Below, piece after piece: positions 1-12,800 of a stretch of 64,000 nt of DNA. The position numbers and the translations under genes are program-made. Every line of letters starts with the position of its first letter. Within the stretch, counting starts at the first letter, position 1. Origin of the DNA: Lama guanicoe (taxonomy: Eukaryota); contig MU054204.1 in the NCBI GenBank assembly GCA_013239625.1, positions 681,537 through 745,536 of the forward strand, written 5' to 3'. A model generated the notes under the pieces. It worked only from the letters and a program-made list of their open reading frames with translations. It had not been told where the DNA came from and did no database searches.

Positions 1-404
1 AAGAAAAATACCATATGAGATCGCTCATATGTGGAATCTAAAAAACAAAAACAAAAACAAAAACAAAAACAAACAAGCAAACAAAAACAAAGCATAAATA
101 CAGGACAGAAATAGACTCTCAGACAGAGAATACAGACTTGTGGTTACCAGGAGGGTGGAGGGTGGGAAGGGATAGACTGGGATTTCAAAATTGTAGAATA
201 GATAAACAAGATTACACTGTATAGTACAGGGAAATATACACAAAATGTTATGATAATTCACAGAGAAAAAAATGTGACAATGAGTGTGTATATGTCCATG
301 AATGAGTGAAAAATGGTGCTGAACACTGGAATTTGACACAACATTGTAAAATGATTGTAAATCAATAAAAAATGTTAAAAAAAGATTTCTTTAATAAAAA
401 AAAA
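1..404 (+). mobile_element. Young L1 3' end with poly(A)
   Basis: L1 3'UTR motifs (atatgtggaatctaaaaa, gtggttacc, gataaacaag…ctgtatag), AATAAA and an A-tail. Confidence 0.85.
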
Positions 405-628
405 GTGATCAAGGCTGCTGGCTTCATTAAAAATAAATAAAATACTTAGGAATAAATATAACAATAAGTAAATAAATTAATTAATTAATTTAATTAAAAA
501 TATAACATGTATAAGTATATAAAATATATAATAAATATATAAAATAAATATAATAGAAATATAAAACTTATACTCTGATAATTATAAAACATTGTTGAAA
601 AGAAAGACAAACGGAAAGACATACCAGT

Positions 629-1114
629 TGTAGTGTAAGCCCTGACAGTTGGATTTTCTCTTTTTTTGTAATGCAAGTAACCAATTTAAGCCTTGATTGC
701 CCAGATAGCCACTTCAAAGAGGCACCCACTTCAAAGAGGCACCCACTTCAAAGATGGATACCTCAAAAAATAGATTGCTAGCTGCCCCCAGCCCCATTCC
801 CACTCCTTTGTTTTAGCAATTTGGGTTGATTTTGATAACTGACCGTTTGGGCTGCTTGGTTTTTTTTTTTCCTTCTTCTTCTCTAGCTTAGAATTCCACT
901 CTTGTATTTTAAATTCACCAATACTGAGTAAACACCAGAAACCTAGGTCCCCACTCTCAACTTACATAAAAACAGAACCCCAGGCTTGCTCACTCACTTT
1001 CTCTGTCTCCCTCACCCTCTCTGTCTCTGTCTCTCTATCTCTCTCTCCCCCCTTGACCACAGAGTGGGTTCAGCCACAACATTGGTTATGAACAGGCTGA
1101 GACCAGCACAAAAC
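629..1114 (+). mobile_element. ERV solo LTR, internally deleted; same family as 15459-16025
   Basis: Starts TGTAGTGTAAGCCCTG and ends …GAGACCAGCACAAAACA; three tandem CCACTTCAAAGA(GGCA) units at about 709-755. Confidence 0.75.
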
Positions 1115-1509
1115 ACACATCCATAGATTAGATGATTTAATATGGTTAAAGTGGTAAATCTCCCCAAATTGACCAACAAATTCAATGCAATCTCTATCAA
1201 AATCTCAATTTTATTTTCAGAAACTGACAAGCTGATACTAAAATTCATATAGAAATCCAAGGGACCAAGAATAGCCAAAACAAACTTTAAAAAGGAGGAC
1301 AAAGTTGAACAACTCTGAATTTCAAAACTTACTAAAAGCCACAATAATCAAATGTTATGATACTGGCATAAGGATAGACATATAGGTAAATGGAATAGAA
1401 CTAAGAGCCCAGAAATAAGTTCTCACGTTAACAGTCAATTAATTTTTAACAAGGGTGCCAAGATATTAAGTGGAGAGAGTATAGTTTTTTCAATAAATGG
1501 TACTGGGGC

Positions 1510-2027
1510 TGAAACAGAGTAAGACCCAGTGTGGTTCTCCCTGGTACAAATCCTTTCCATGTCCCCCGTTTCTTGTTTTTAGGAAACAGGATTTATTCAG
1601 TTTCCTTGACCTTCCCTGACTTCCAAAGGGCAACTCAAACAGTTGCTAATCAGGTAAAGGAGGGAATGCAGAAACAAGGGAGGAAACAATAATGCAGTCT
1701 TGGGGCAGGGTCCTGGTTCCTCTTCAAGGAACATACAAAACAATACCTTTAAGTTCTTCTGCAGGAAGTAAGGCCCCCGCCCTGGTGGAGGATGGCAACT
1801 TCAGGCTGAGCACAGGATTTCTGGAACACCGCCCCTGCAATCTTCACACCAAATTTTGCCTACAAAAACCTCTCCCCGAAAACCATCAGGGAGTTCAGGG
1901 GTTTTAGCACAAATGACCTGTTCTCCTTGCTTGGCTCTGCAGTAAGCCTTACTCTGCTCCAAACTCCAACATTTAGGTTTGGCCTCATTGTGTGTCAAGC
2001 ACACAAACTTTTGCTTGATAACAAACA
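1510..2027 (+). mobile_element. ERV1-type solo LTR
   Basis: TG…CA termini with a perfect 4-bp TSD GGGC (1506-1509 and 2028-2031); L1 sequence resumes after it. Confidence 0.85.
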
Positions 2028-2605
2028 GGGCAACTGGATACCTGTTACCAAGGCTGTTGCCCCAGAATCATACTCCTGCCCCTCCCTCTAATGGAAACTA
2101 ATTGCTCTTATCTAAATTTCTGGAGGAAGCTGCAAAGAGGAAAAAAAAAAAAGAACTGGTGAGAACCAGCTAGGCCCAAGGTGGTGGAAGATATGACTTC
2201 CAGTAGAACTTGAGCTTCATTATATACTCACTATAATACATTAGCATGCTAAATGACACACCCACCAGCACCATGACAGTGAAGAGTTGCCATGACAACA
2301 ACTGGACAAGCCCACACAAGGACTAATAAAAAATGTTGCCTCAGTTCCAGGTCCAAATGACAACCCCATTCTCAAATAAGTCATGAATATTCCTTCCTCT
2401 CTTTCCAATTCCTTCCATTTTACCTCAGCCTTCCTCTATATATATATGGTGTTTCTACCCAAATGTGGTTGAGAAGTTGATTTATGAAGTTTCCACTTCT
2501 CCATTCTTTAGCCATTGAATAAAGCTTGTGTTGTTCCAATCTCAGCATCAGTTTCATTATTGGCTGTGCAAATCCAAGTGGATAAAGAACCTCCCTGGCC
2601 AAGAC

Positions 2606-3066
2606 TGTTACGGGAACGACAGGCCAGCCAAGAAACAAGCACCACTCGGAGGGTTGGAGTACTCAGATGTACTACGCCGGTGGGCTCAGAGGGGCTTCTG
2701 CTCCAAAACTCTGAGCACCTCCAAGACGTATGCATGAAGTTTTATAGGGTAAAGTACAAGCTTGGGGTATTCAGCCAATAGGCATGGAACAGCTTTAGCA
2801 GCATCATTATCACAAAAGTGGAGGCAGGGAGGCAGCAAACCAACATTCCAAAGTCAGATATGTATCTTTGAAAATCCAGCTGGCTAGCAAAAAAAAAAAT
2901 GAACAGCAAACCAACACTAATTAACTTAGATTTACAAGTTAGTCCAGCAGAACTCAGATCAGTATTAGATACTTAGAGAGTTATCTTGTTAGCCCAGCCC
3001 AGCCTCTCCTTCACATTCCTAGACTTGTGAGTTATCTTGTTAGACCAGCCCGGCTTTTCCTTCACA
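2606..3066 (-). mobile_element. Nested ERV LTR
   Basis: TGTTACGG…TTCACA termini; imperfect TSD agac/aaac; minus-strand TATAAA at about 2740; about 51-bp terminal duplication at 2979-3066. Confidence 0.65.
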
Positions 3067-3103
3067 AAACAAGGGGTCTCAGCCTGGTCTAGGACCCTGG
3101 CAC

Positions 3104-3636
3104 TGTTGCAGGAAAAATGTGTTACAGCTCAGTGTTATAGCTCAGTGTTACTGCTCGGTGTTACAGCTCAGTGGTGACAGCAACCTGGATCTGGGCGAGA
3201 GACCAAGCAGCACTCGGAGACTTAGAGAACTCAGGTTTATTACACCAGCTGGCCCAGAAGAGTTAACACTCCAAGCTCTGGACCCTGGCTGAAGGTTTAC
3301 ACCGGCTTTTATAGGCTGCCAGTTTACACTTTGCAAAACCATATGCAAATGAGATATAAAGAAAGTTGACTAATTAGGAACAAGCTTTGTAGAAATGGAC
3401 CAATCAGGAGGGAGAGAAATAACCAATCAGGAGTGAGGGAAATGGACCAATCAGGAGTGAAGGAAATAACCAATCAGAAGTGACCTCAGGGAACCAATAG
3501 AATTTTATGGGTAAGTAAGCCGTTTCAGAGGCAAAAAGTGAGAGTCTCTGGGCCAGGGAACCGGATGGTGCTGGCAGGAGAGTAGTGGCCCTGCCTGGGG
3601 GGTCCTGCCTGTCTTTTTATGGGGCTTCCCACCTCA
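3104..3636 (-). mobile_element. Nested ERV LTR with CCAAT array
   Basis: TG…CA termini with a perfect TSD GCAC (3100-3103 and 3637-3640); minus-strand TATAAAA at about 3307-3313 and AATAAA at about 3237. Confidence 0.85.
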
Positions 3637-5438
3637 GCACAGTCCAGGCAAACAATTCAGTAACATATCCACAAGAACGAAAATGAACTTGGACCCTCTA
3701 CAGCACATCATATACAAAAATTAATTCAAAATAGATTTAAGACCTAAATGTAAGAGCTAAAACTATAAAACTCTGAGCAGAAAACATGGGGATAAATCTT
3801 CATGAACTTGAATTAGGCAACAGTTTCTTAGACACAACACAAAAGCAAAAATATCCAAAAAATGGGAAATTAGACTTCATCAAAATTAAAAACTTTTATG
3901 CTTCAAATAACACAATAAAAAATGTGAAAAGACAATCCACAGAATCAGAGGAAATATTTGCAAATCATATATATAACCAGATTATGTAAAGAATTCTTAC
4001 CACACAATAATAATGAGAAATATAATCCAATTAAAAATGGGCAAAGAATTTGAATAGACATCTCTCCAAAGAGGATACACAAATGGTGAATGATCGCGTG
4101 AAAGAAAAGAGTCCAACATCATTAGCCAACAGGGAAATGTCAATCAAAGCCACAATAAGATACCACTTTATGCCCATTAGAATGGCTACAATACAGACAG
4201 ATAACAAAAAGGGTTAGACAGGATGTGGAGAAACTGGAACCCTCATACACTATGGGTGATAATGTAAAGTAGTGCATAGTCCAGCAATTTCCCTAAGTGT
4301 ATACCCAAGATAATGAAAACATATGTCCACACAAAAACTTGTACATGAATGTTCAAAACAGAATTATTCATAATAGCCAAAAAGTGGAAACAATCCCAAT
4401 TTCCAGCAGCTGATGACTGGATAAATAAAATGTGGTATATCCATACAATAGGATATTTTTCAGCAATAAAAGGAAATGAAATACTGATACATGCTACAAC
4501 ATGGATGAATGCTAGAAACATTATGCTAAGTGAAGGAAGCTAAACACAGAAGGCTACACACTGTCAGATTTAACTTCCATGAAGTGTCCAGAATAGGTAT
4601 ATCTACAGAGACAGAAAGTAAATCAGTGGCCATCTAGGGGTGGGGGGTGGGGATAGGGTGGGATGGAGACTGCTAATGGGTGTAAGGTTTATTTTTTTTA
4701 ACATTTTTTTATTGAGTTATAGTCATTTTACAATGTTGTGTCAAATTCCAGTGTAGAGGTTTCTTTTTTGGGGCGATGAAAATGTTCCAAAATTAGACTG
4801 TGACAATAGATGTACAACTCTGTGAATATACTAAAGACTGCAGAATGGTACACTTTAAATGGGTGAATTCTGTGATATGTGAATTATATCTCAATAAAAC
4901 TGTTAAAAATACATAAGGTTACAAAGGAAACCAGTTATATTGAACTAGAGTAATCAAAATTGAAACAAAAATTCTTAACAAATAAAATATATGTGCTTCT
5001 TTAATAAGGCATTAAACAAGATCCTAGAATAGAGTCTTAGAGGTCTCCTGCTGCGACACACACTAGATTCAGTTGCTAGATTGCAGGGAGGTCCCAGAGG
5101 TCCTAGAGGCAAGATAGAGGCAGCGGTTCTTCACCAATCGGCACAGAGGATGTTCAAGTCCTCTGTTAACAACCGAAGCTGTATCAGTACACATTACCGC
5201 AAAGACGGTGGAGGTGGGGGAAAGAGAGAGAGAAAAAGAGAAGAACCTCCTTAAGGCTTTATGGAGGAAGGACTGAATAAGCTGTCGATGCTTGCATTCG
5301 TGGGTCATCTTGCTGATATCACAGGTAGAAATTTCTCCTCTTGATAAAAGATAAGGACCAAAAAATATTTCAGTGCCCCATTCCAAGTTTTTTTTTCAAA
5401 TGTAGACTCTAGAAAGCCATCTAACTACAAAAGTAGCA

Positions 5439-6153
5439 GGGGGAGGGTATAGCTCAGCAGTAGAGTACATGCTTAGCATGCACAAAGTCCTGGGTTCAAT
5501 CCCCAGTAACTACATGAAAAATACATAAATAAATAAAATAAAGAAACAAACAAACAAAATTGTAGAATAGATAAACAAGATTACACTGTATAGCACAGGA
5601 AAATATACACAAAATGTTATGATAAATCACAGAGAAAAAAATGTGACAATGAGTGTGTATATGTCCATGAATGAGTGAAAAATTGTGCTGAACACTGGAA
5701 TTTGACACAACACTGTAAAATGATTATGAATCAATAAAAAATGTAAAAAAAAAANNNNNNNNNNNNNNNNNNNNNNNNNNNNNNNNNNNNNNNNNNNNNN
5801 NNNNNNNNNNNNNNNNNNNNNNNNNNNNNNNNNNNNNNNNNNNNNNNNNNNNNNNNNNNNNNNNNNNNNNNNNNNNNNNNNNNNATAAAAAATGTAAAAA
5901 AAAAAAACAAACAAAATTGTAGAGTAGATAAACAAGATTACACTGTATAGCACAGGGAAATATACACAAAATGTTATGATAAATCACAGAGAAAAAAAAT
6001 GTGACAATGAGTGTGTATATGTCCATGAATGACTGAAAAATTGTGCTGAACACTGGAATTTGACACATTGTAAAATGATTATAAATCTATAAAAAATGTT
6101 AAAAAAAAAGAGAAACAAACAAACCAAATTACCTCCCCACAAAAAAAAAAAAA
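5439..6153 (+). mobile_element. Vic-1-type tRNA-derived SINE with L1 3' fragments inserted in its tail
   Basis: Head GGGGAGGGTATAGCTCAG…GGTTCAATCCCC (A and B boxes); tail resumes at 6111; duplicated AGAAACAAACAAAC at 5542-5555 and 6111-6124. Confidence 0.85.
5755..5884. other. Assembly gap (130 N)
   Basis: Run of N. Confidence 1.
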
Positions 6154-6520
6154 GTTTGGGTTAAAATCCTAATTCCTACCTTCTCATCATCTAGGAAGAT
6201 GCAAAGAAAGCAGGCAACCTGAAATGGGGACCAAAGGGTACACACTTTCAGCTCTCCCAGATCTGAACACTGAGTCCTGTCTGCCCAGTAGCAGGTCTCT
6301 CGCCTCGGACTGCCCCTCCCCACCACCAGGAGCCTCCTTCTACAGACTCATCCATCATTTCACACGTAGCTCAACTCCTCTTCCTGTGATAAGAAGGCCT
6401 CCAAGTAGAGAAGAAAACTGGATAAGCTAGACCCTGAGGCAGAGCCTTTACAAGGCTCCTGCGTGGGGCTCCTGAGCAATAAGGAGGGAAGTGAGCCATT
6501 TGAACAACAACCATTAATTT

Positions 6521-6558
6521 TTTATTAAATTTATAATCAAATACTACAAGAGTTTATT
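6521..6558 (-). terminator. Two candidate AATAAA polyadenylation signals for CCNB3
   Basis: Plus-strand tttatt at 6553-6558 and 6521-6526, about 190-225 nt past the stop, in a U-rich 3'UTR. Confidence 0.7.
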
Positions 6559-6744
6559 CTCTTTCATAAAGAAAAAAACTTAAATATTTACTACATTATC
6601 AGTTTAGCAAAAGACAAACAAAGACAGTAAAAATAAAGAAAAACAGTGAAAAGACAAATTCAAGGACAGAATAAATATGGCCTGTGTACATCTCTGCCTG
6701 GCCTGGGTGGCTGCTGCCAGAGCACCAGACCCTCAGATTCAGAA

Positions 6745-6817
6745 TTAGCAGCAGTTCAAAATCTCCTCCAGTTTCGATGGGTCCAAGGGGGGTATTTTGG
6801 TGACTTCAAAGAAGACC
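6745..6817 (-). CDS. CCNB3: CCNB3 last coding exon [23 protein letters not shown]
   Basis: tttgcag acceptor; phase fits the preceding exon; TAA at 6745-6747. Confidence 0.93.
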
Positions 6818-9800
6818 CTGCAAAAGGAAGAGGGGTCTGTTCAAATAGGCTGAGGCAAGCAGGCACCAGGGAATAAGTGGGCTATAGGCCCTTGGTTCCC
6901 TATCTTGCTTTGACCCTGGAGCAGAAAGTAAGGTAAAAAGTACCTGAAAATTTCTTTTCCCTTAAGTGAGGTGAGTCTGGCCCTTCCCATGACTAAGCGC
7001 AAACCCAATGTCAACTGCACTTGGTACTTACTGGTGGGAATACTTGGAATGGACAGTCTTGAGCGTATTGCAAGAACGCGAAGTCAGCAGGGTGTTCAGC
7101 TGCCTGACCAATGGGTGAAGATCAGAGGTCTTGTAGCCACTGTAATACTCCAGGGTAGGAGCCTACAAGAAGCAACATGAACAGTGACTTTTATAACAGG
7201 AAGCAGACCCTTCCTGTCTCCAATACGCCAAGTTCTAACTTCTTATCCACAGTGCAGCAGAGAAGACTGTCAAACATTTCAGAGACTCATACAGCACAGA
7301 CACTGACCAATAATCCTGGGGTACTACCTAGAAGAAAATGTTCCAGCTGCAAGCTAATGGTATGGCTAAATCCATTATCACCAGTTGGATAGTAACCCTG
7401 GCCATAGGTATGCATGGGTGCTGAAATCCACCAAAGAATTTAAGGAATAGGACTGACCTTGTAATTTACCCACTCTCAGGTTAATGGCCAGGCAAACCTC
7501 AGAACAAACTTGAGGTCCTAACTAAACAGCCAATAGCTATCATTTCATACATTCATTGTCTCACTCAACTTTAAGGATGCCTAGTTTGTGGCAAAAGCAA
7601 TACAGCAGAGTGTTCAAGAGAGCAAAGGTTCTAGAGGCAAATTTCGTGGGTTCAGATTCCATCTCCACCAACAGCATGGCCTTGAACCAGTTACTTAACC
7701 TCTCAGTGCCTTGGTTTCCAAATCTGCCAAATGGGGTTCATTACAGTAATTACCTAATAGGATTAAATGAGTTAATATACACAAAGCACATGGAACAGAG
7801 TCTAGCACATACTAAGTAGCCAAACATGGTAGCTAGGATTACTATTATCAAGCCCCGTATAGGATGCTGAGAATACAAAGATGACTAGAGTTCCTGCCCT
7901 TGAGGAGTCTGTAGTCTAGTGGGGGAGACAGACATGCACATAGAGAATTAGAAAATGTGTGGGAGGTGCTATGATGGAAGGGAGCATGGGACACTGGAGG
8001 AATAGAGCCACAGGATCCACAAATTTGGGCTGGGAGAATCACAGAAAGCTTTGAAGAGGAGGGTACAGCTGCAACAGGTGTTGAAAGCCAAGTGGGAGCT
8101 CCACACGTAGAGAAAGGAAGATTTATTATTCTGTGAGGTAGTGGTTTTCTAAAAATGTCTTAAATTACTTTCCCTGAACACTTTTTTTCCCCAAATATCT
8201 TACCTGGATGCCCAAATATCCTACCTGGAATTGGGGGTGGGTACTAAGAAGCCCATCAGTTTGGCTCCCTTCCCCTTTTACATGGCCCCTGAGATACTTC
8301 TGCAGGGATCCTGGGATCTACTGAATACTGTTTGGCAAAGGGTAGGCTCCCGCATGTTGAGGAGGGGAATAACATATTAACATATGGGGGAACGCATCAT
8401 ATCAAGGTGTGTTAAATAAAATTAATAGCCCTATTGTCACTGCCCCAATTGTTCACATCCCAATGCTTCACACTGACTATTATAAAAACCTACTCACTGG
8501 TGTTGCCACTTTTGTACACTCTCTCTCATCTAATATACCTTCTATACTGCTATATTAGTATTGTCCCCAAAACAAACAGGAATATGTCCCTATCCTGCCT
8601 AAAAAAAAACTTGTATTGCCTTAGTATAAAATGGGTCTTTCAGCATGGTAGCAAAGACCTCTCCCAATCTGACCACTCTCTACCATTCTGGTCTCACCTC
8701 TCACCATTCCCTATTGATACCTCCCCTGTTCTAGCCATAGCAAATGTCTTATTCTGCCCCAAAGACATCACACTGTTTTCTTACTGCCCTCACATGTTTT
8801 TAATTATTGTTCCCTCTGCCTAGAATGTCTCCTCTCCCAGGTTCCCACTCATCTTACAAGACCCAGCTCAAAAGTCACCTCCACTGTGAAGCCTTTCTTA
8901 TCTATAGAAGCAGTGCATATAGCGTAGAGGACTGTGGACTGTTGGGTTCAGATCAGGGCTGATGCTTAGCTGTTACTCACTGGCACTGCCATGCCACATG
9001 GTGAAACTGAATATTTCTATACTGATTGGCAAGTAGGTTGCTATCCTGAGCCTCTCAACTGTACCCCCTCCAGGACCTATCACACTTCCCCAGGATCCAA
9101 GGGTCAAAGCCTGGGTCAGCATGGGGTCGCCAGGATCATCGCTCTGGAACTATGGCCACATCCATTCTGATTACAGAGCAGGTGTACAATTTGAACAGTA
9201 CTCCTAGTTCCCAAAGCCTAGCTCTGCCTCTCATTAGCAAAACATGGAAAGTTACTTCTTATCTGTAAAACAGGGGTAATGTTGATCTCATAGGGTTGTA
9301 GTGAAGATTGAGTTAATACACAAAGTGTTTAGATCATTGTCTTAGTGCTCAATAAATGTTATCCATTATTATTGTTTTCTTTTTCATCATCATCACTGCC
9401 ATTTACTGAGCGCTTTCTTGAGCCCAAGAAATTTCAGTGCCTTGTCCAAGTTGAGACAACTGTTAACAGGGATCCTCCTCGGCACACAGAGGTTTCCCCA
9501 TCAGTAGTGGTGCTAGAGCCCATCAGGAGGGGCTTAGGAGTGGTTGGGAAAAGGACACTCATCTGCGACCATACTGTTTCTACTTGGATGGCATGTTACG
9601 CATCAGTAAAAATTCATAGTTTTCTAAAGTTGCTTTTAGTCACAATTTTTTCTAAAAAATGAGAAAGCATCAAATATGCATTTTACTTGTCTCGGGGAAG
9701 GAGGCTGTGGGGGCCTTCCTCCTCAGAGAAGAGCACTATAGTATGCCTCTGAGTCCCCCATTTTACACATGGACAGTTGCTTGCTTTCACTACTCTGTCC

Positions 9801-12800
9801 TCTGAGTCAGTGCTTTCCAAATCCTGTTCCCACACACTCCCTTTGTAGGGGGAGAGTCAACCTTGCTGAAGCGACTGCAAGGAACAGGGGTGGAATGGGG
9901 TCAGGTAAGAACTGGGCCCACCCCACCCCCTGCTGCAACCAGAATGACTTCACATCAGTCTGCTTTGTGACACTGGGCTTTCAGGTCAGTTTTCTTTGCA
10001 TCAAAGGGTACCGTGATTAAGCAAAATGAAATAAAATACTTCAAACACAAATGAACTTATTTACAAAGCAGAAACAGACTCCCAGACATGGAAAACAAAC
10101 TTATGGTTACCAGGGGGCAAAGGGGATGGGAAGGGCTAAATTGGGAATTTGAGATTTGCAGATAGTAACTACTTTATATAAAATAGATAAACAACAAGTT
10201 TCTACTGTATAGCACAGAAACTATATTCAGTGCCTTGTAGTAACCTGTAATGAAAAAGAATATGAAAACGAATATATGCTTCTATATGTATGACTGAAAC
10301 ATTATGCTGTACACCAGAAATTGACACAACATTATATACTGACTATACCTTAATAAAAATAAAATAAAATAAAATAAAAATAAAAATAACTTCAAGACCA
10401 TTGCTATAGAAACCCTTTAGGCAGCCAGGCCCCTACGATGTCAAGATGTTAAAGAATGCAAGTCTGCTGCAGTTTTGTCACAGAGTTTCCCACGGCCCTA
10501 ATTTAAACCTTCCCCCTCAGCTGACCCTGGGCTTTTAAATCCCTCTCCTTTCTCCCACATCTCCCCCCACCCTCCAACCCCTGCCCACAAGTGTTTACCC
10601 AGTGTCCGAGTTTCTCCATGTAGAGGGCCAGCAGGAAGGAGCCAGCAGCTAGCTTGGAAGCCCTCTCCTCAATATAGTCGTATTCCTGCAGGGTCATCTC
10701 ACAGATGAAGCGGGACAAGGTCAGTGTCTTCATGCTGGCATGGACACACTACAGGCAGGAAAGAGACTGGCTCAGCAATCAATCTAGAACTCTGGCAAGA
10801 GCAGAAGAGCCCCTGCACGCACCCTCTCCATTATCTCCCCTCAGGCCTAAAGGGCTTTCTGCCTGAACCATGTACCTCTTCTGCGAATAGAAGTCACACT
10901 AAGGCCCCAGCCCCCAAAGCACAGAATCTTTAGGAGGGAGGATTCTGCAATTGGCAATGGTATTTTGCCACCTTTAGGGTTTTAAAGCAATTTATCAAGC
11001 GTGCTTGTCGTACCTTCCCACCTCCCTTTTCTGTACATGTCATCCTTTGAAGAGCCAAAGCCCTCCAACTGTAACTTTGCACCTGGCTCCAGACTAGGAG
11101 GTATTCCATTCTCCAAAAGAACTCTTTCCCTTTTGTGGTTTGAATCTTTGAAAAATACATATAACCTATAATAAGACACACTTGCTGAATACAAAGAATA
11201 ATTTATAAAGTGGCTTTCCCTGTAACCAATACTCAGGTGAAGGAAGAGAACTTTGCCAGCATCTCTCCCAAACTTCCCATGTGCCCCTTCCTGCTCAGAG
11301 AACCTTCCTCCCCTCCCCTACTCTGCCCTCACCTCAAAACTTTATAGGCATACCATGGAAATCTGCAATTTTCTTCCCCCCACACTCCACAAAGATCACC
11401 AATCTAGGAGGGGGGATTGAAGGAATTCCCCTGTCCCTAGTTGTCTCTTTTCCTTTTCCCACCACTCACGCAGCCAACTGAGCAGTGGGAGAATGAAGAT
11501 GTGCCTCCTGCCTCTTACCCGGGCATATCTGCGCAGAAAATGATAGGCGATGGGAATGTTGACATCAAATTTGAGGGTTTGCAGGATGCTGATTTCCATG
11601 GCGAGCATCTCATCACGCTTATAAATATCTTCGCAGATGTACAGGAAGTCATCCACATACTGTGGGGAGGACTCCTAGGGGTGGAGAGGAGAGACAGTCA
11701 CAACGGGGCAAAGGCAGCCCACTCTCCTCTCTGCTTGGCAATGAAAGGCAGAGGAGGAGAGTGGGGAAGGACAGGAGGTAATAACATTTCCTGGCATAAA
11801 CCTTCAGGATAGTTCTGAGAGTCAGCTTCTGGTTGATCTGAGGGGTCCATCTGAAAAACAAAATCAAAGAGACAGAAGGAGAGAGGCTAGGGCCTCCTGG
11901 GGTAGATTCTTACGGCACTGAAAGCGGCATAATGTGACATGGGGACTGGGAGCAGTCATCCCTCTTCTGATGAGTGGGAGTCAGGGGTAGGAAATCTAAG
12001 GCCTGCTCTGGGGAAAGGGAGGAAAGGAGACCACAGAAAAGGGAGCTAGAGATGGAAAATAAGACTACACTTGGTTTCCTAGTGTAAGGAATGAATAAGG
12101 ATGTTTGGGAGGCGGCCCTGCCGGGCTTCCAGGCAGTGAGAGAGAGGGAGACAGGCACAGAGGGATCCCAAACAGAGACTGAGGACTGTGGGGGGTGGGG
12201 AGGACTTTCAGGGGGTTAGACTGGGAAGACTCAGGCCAGACCAAGGGTGAGAACTCCTGTCCGGGAGCACCTTCCCATGTCCTGCCTTCTGCAGGCTGAA
12301 CCTTGGTTTGGGGGAAGAGGACCAGAAGCATGAAGACCCCTGCATCTTGTCTTGAGCTGCATCTCACTGCCCACACCAGCCTTCTTCTCACACCTTTCTC
12401 TATTTTCACATCACAAATGGGACCAACCCTCTGGCTTTGCAGTCAAGGAAATTGAGGTCCAGAGAGAGGAAGCAACTTACTTAAGTTCACACAGCCACCT
12501 AGTGACAACACCAGGGCCAGAAACTCTCCTTTCCATTGCCCTATTTGCTAAGCGGCTCCTTCCTTTCTTCTCTTCTCATACCATCTCCATACCTACCCTG
12601 GCAAGAGGCTTTCTGTACTTCTCAATCTTGTGAGGGGAAGACACCCTTCTCCAAAAAAAAATGCAGTGTGTGTGTGTGTGAGGGGTGGTCCTTTATCCAA
12701 ATAATTAGATGAGGGGTGCTGCCGGTTTCAAAATTTGCTAACAAGTACCCCTCACACTCTCTTCCTCCCTCCTGCTCTCTGTTGGCCAAGGACCCCAAGC

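Larger units (their letters stand above)
2043..3665 (+). mobile_element. ERV solo LTR carrying two nested LTR insertions
   Basis: TGTTAC…GTAACA termini; TSD tacc/tatc; TATA at about 2437 and AATAAA at about 2518. Confidence 0.75.
430..4910 (+). mobile_element. Degraded L1 (ORF2 3' half and 3'UTR) interrupted by several LTRs
   Basis: ORF2-like remnants at 1115-1509 and 3666-4560, e.g. LFIIAKKWKQ…WINKMWYIHTIGY; 3' end ctcaataaaactgttaaaaa at about 4890. Confidence 0.88.

Noticed and set aside
5439..5515. tRNA-Ala gene (also at 17624, 34600, 37290, 39520, 40340, 40605)
   Set aside because: Multiple diverged copies with AT/AAAC-rich tails and TSDs indicate a tRNA-derived SINE, not functional tRNA genes.
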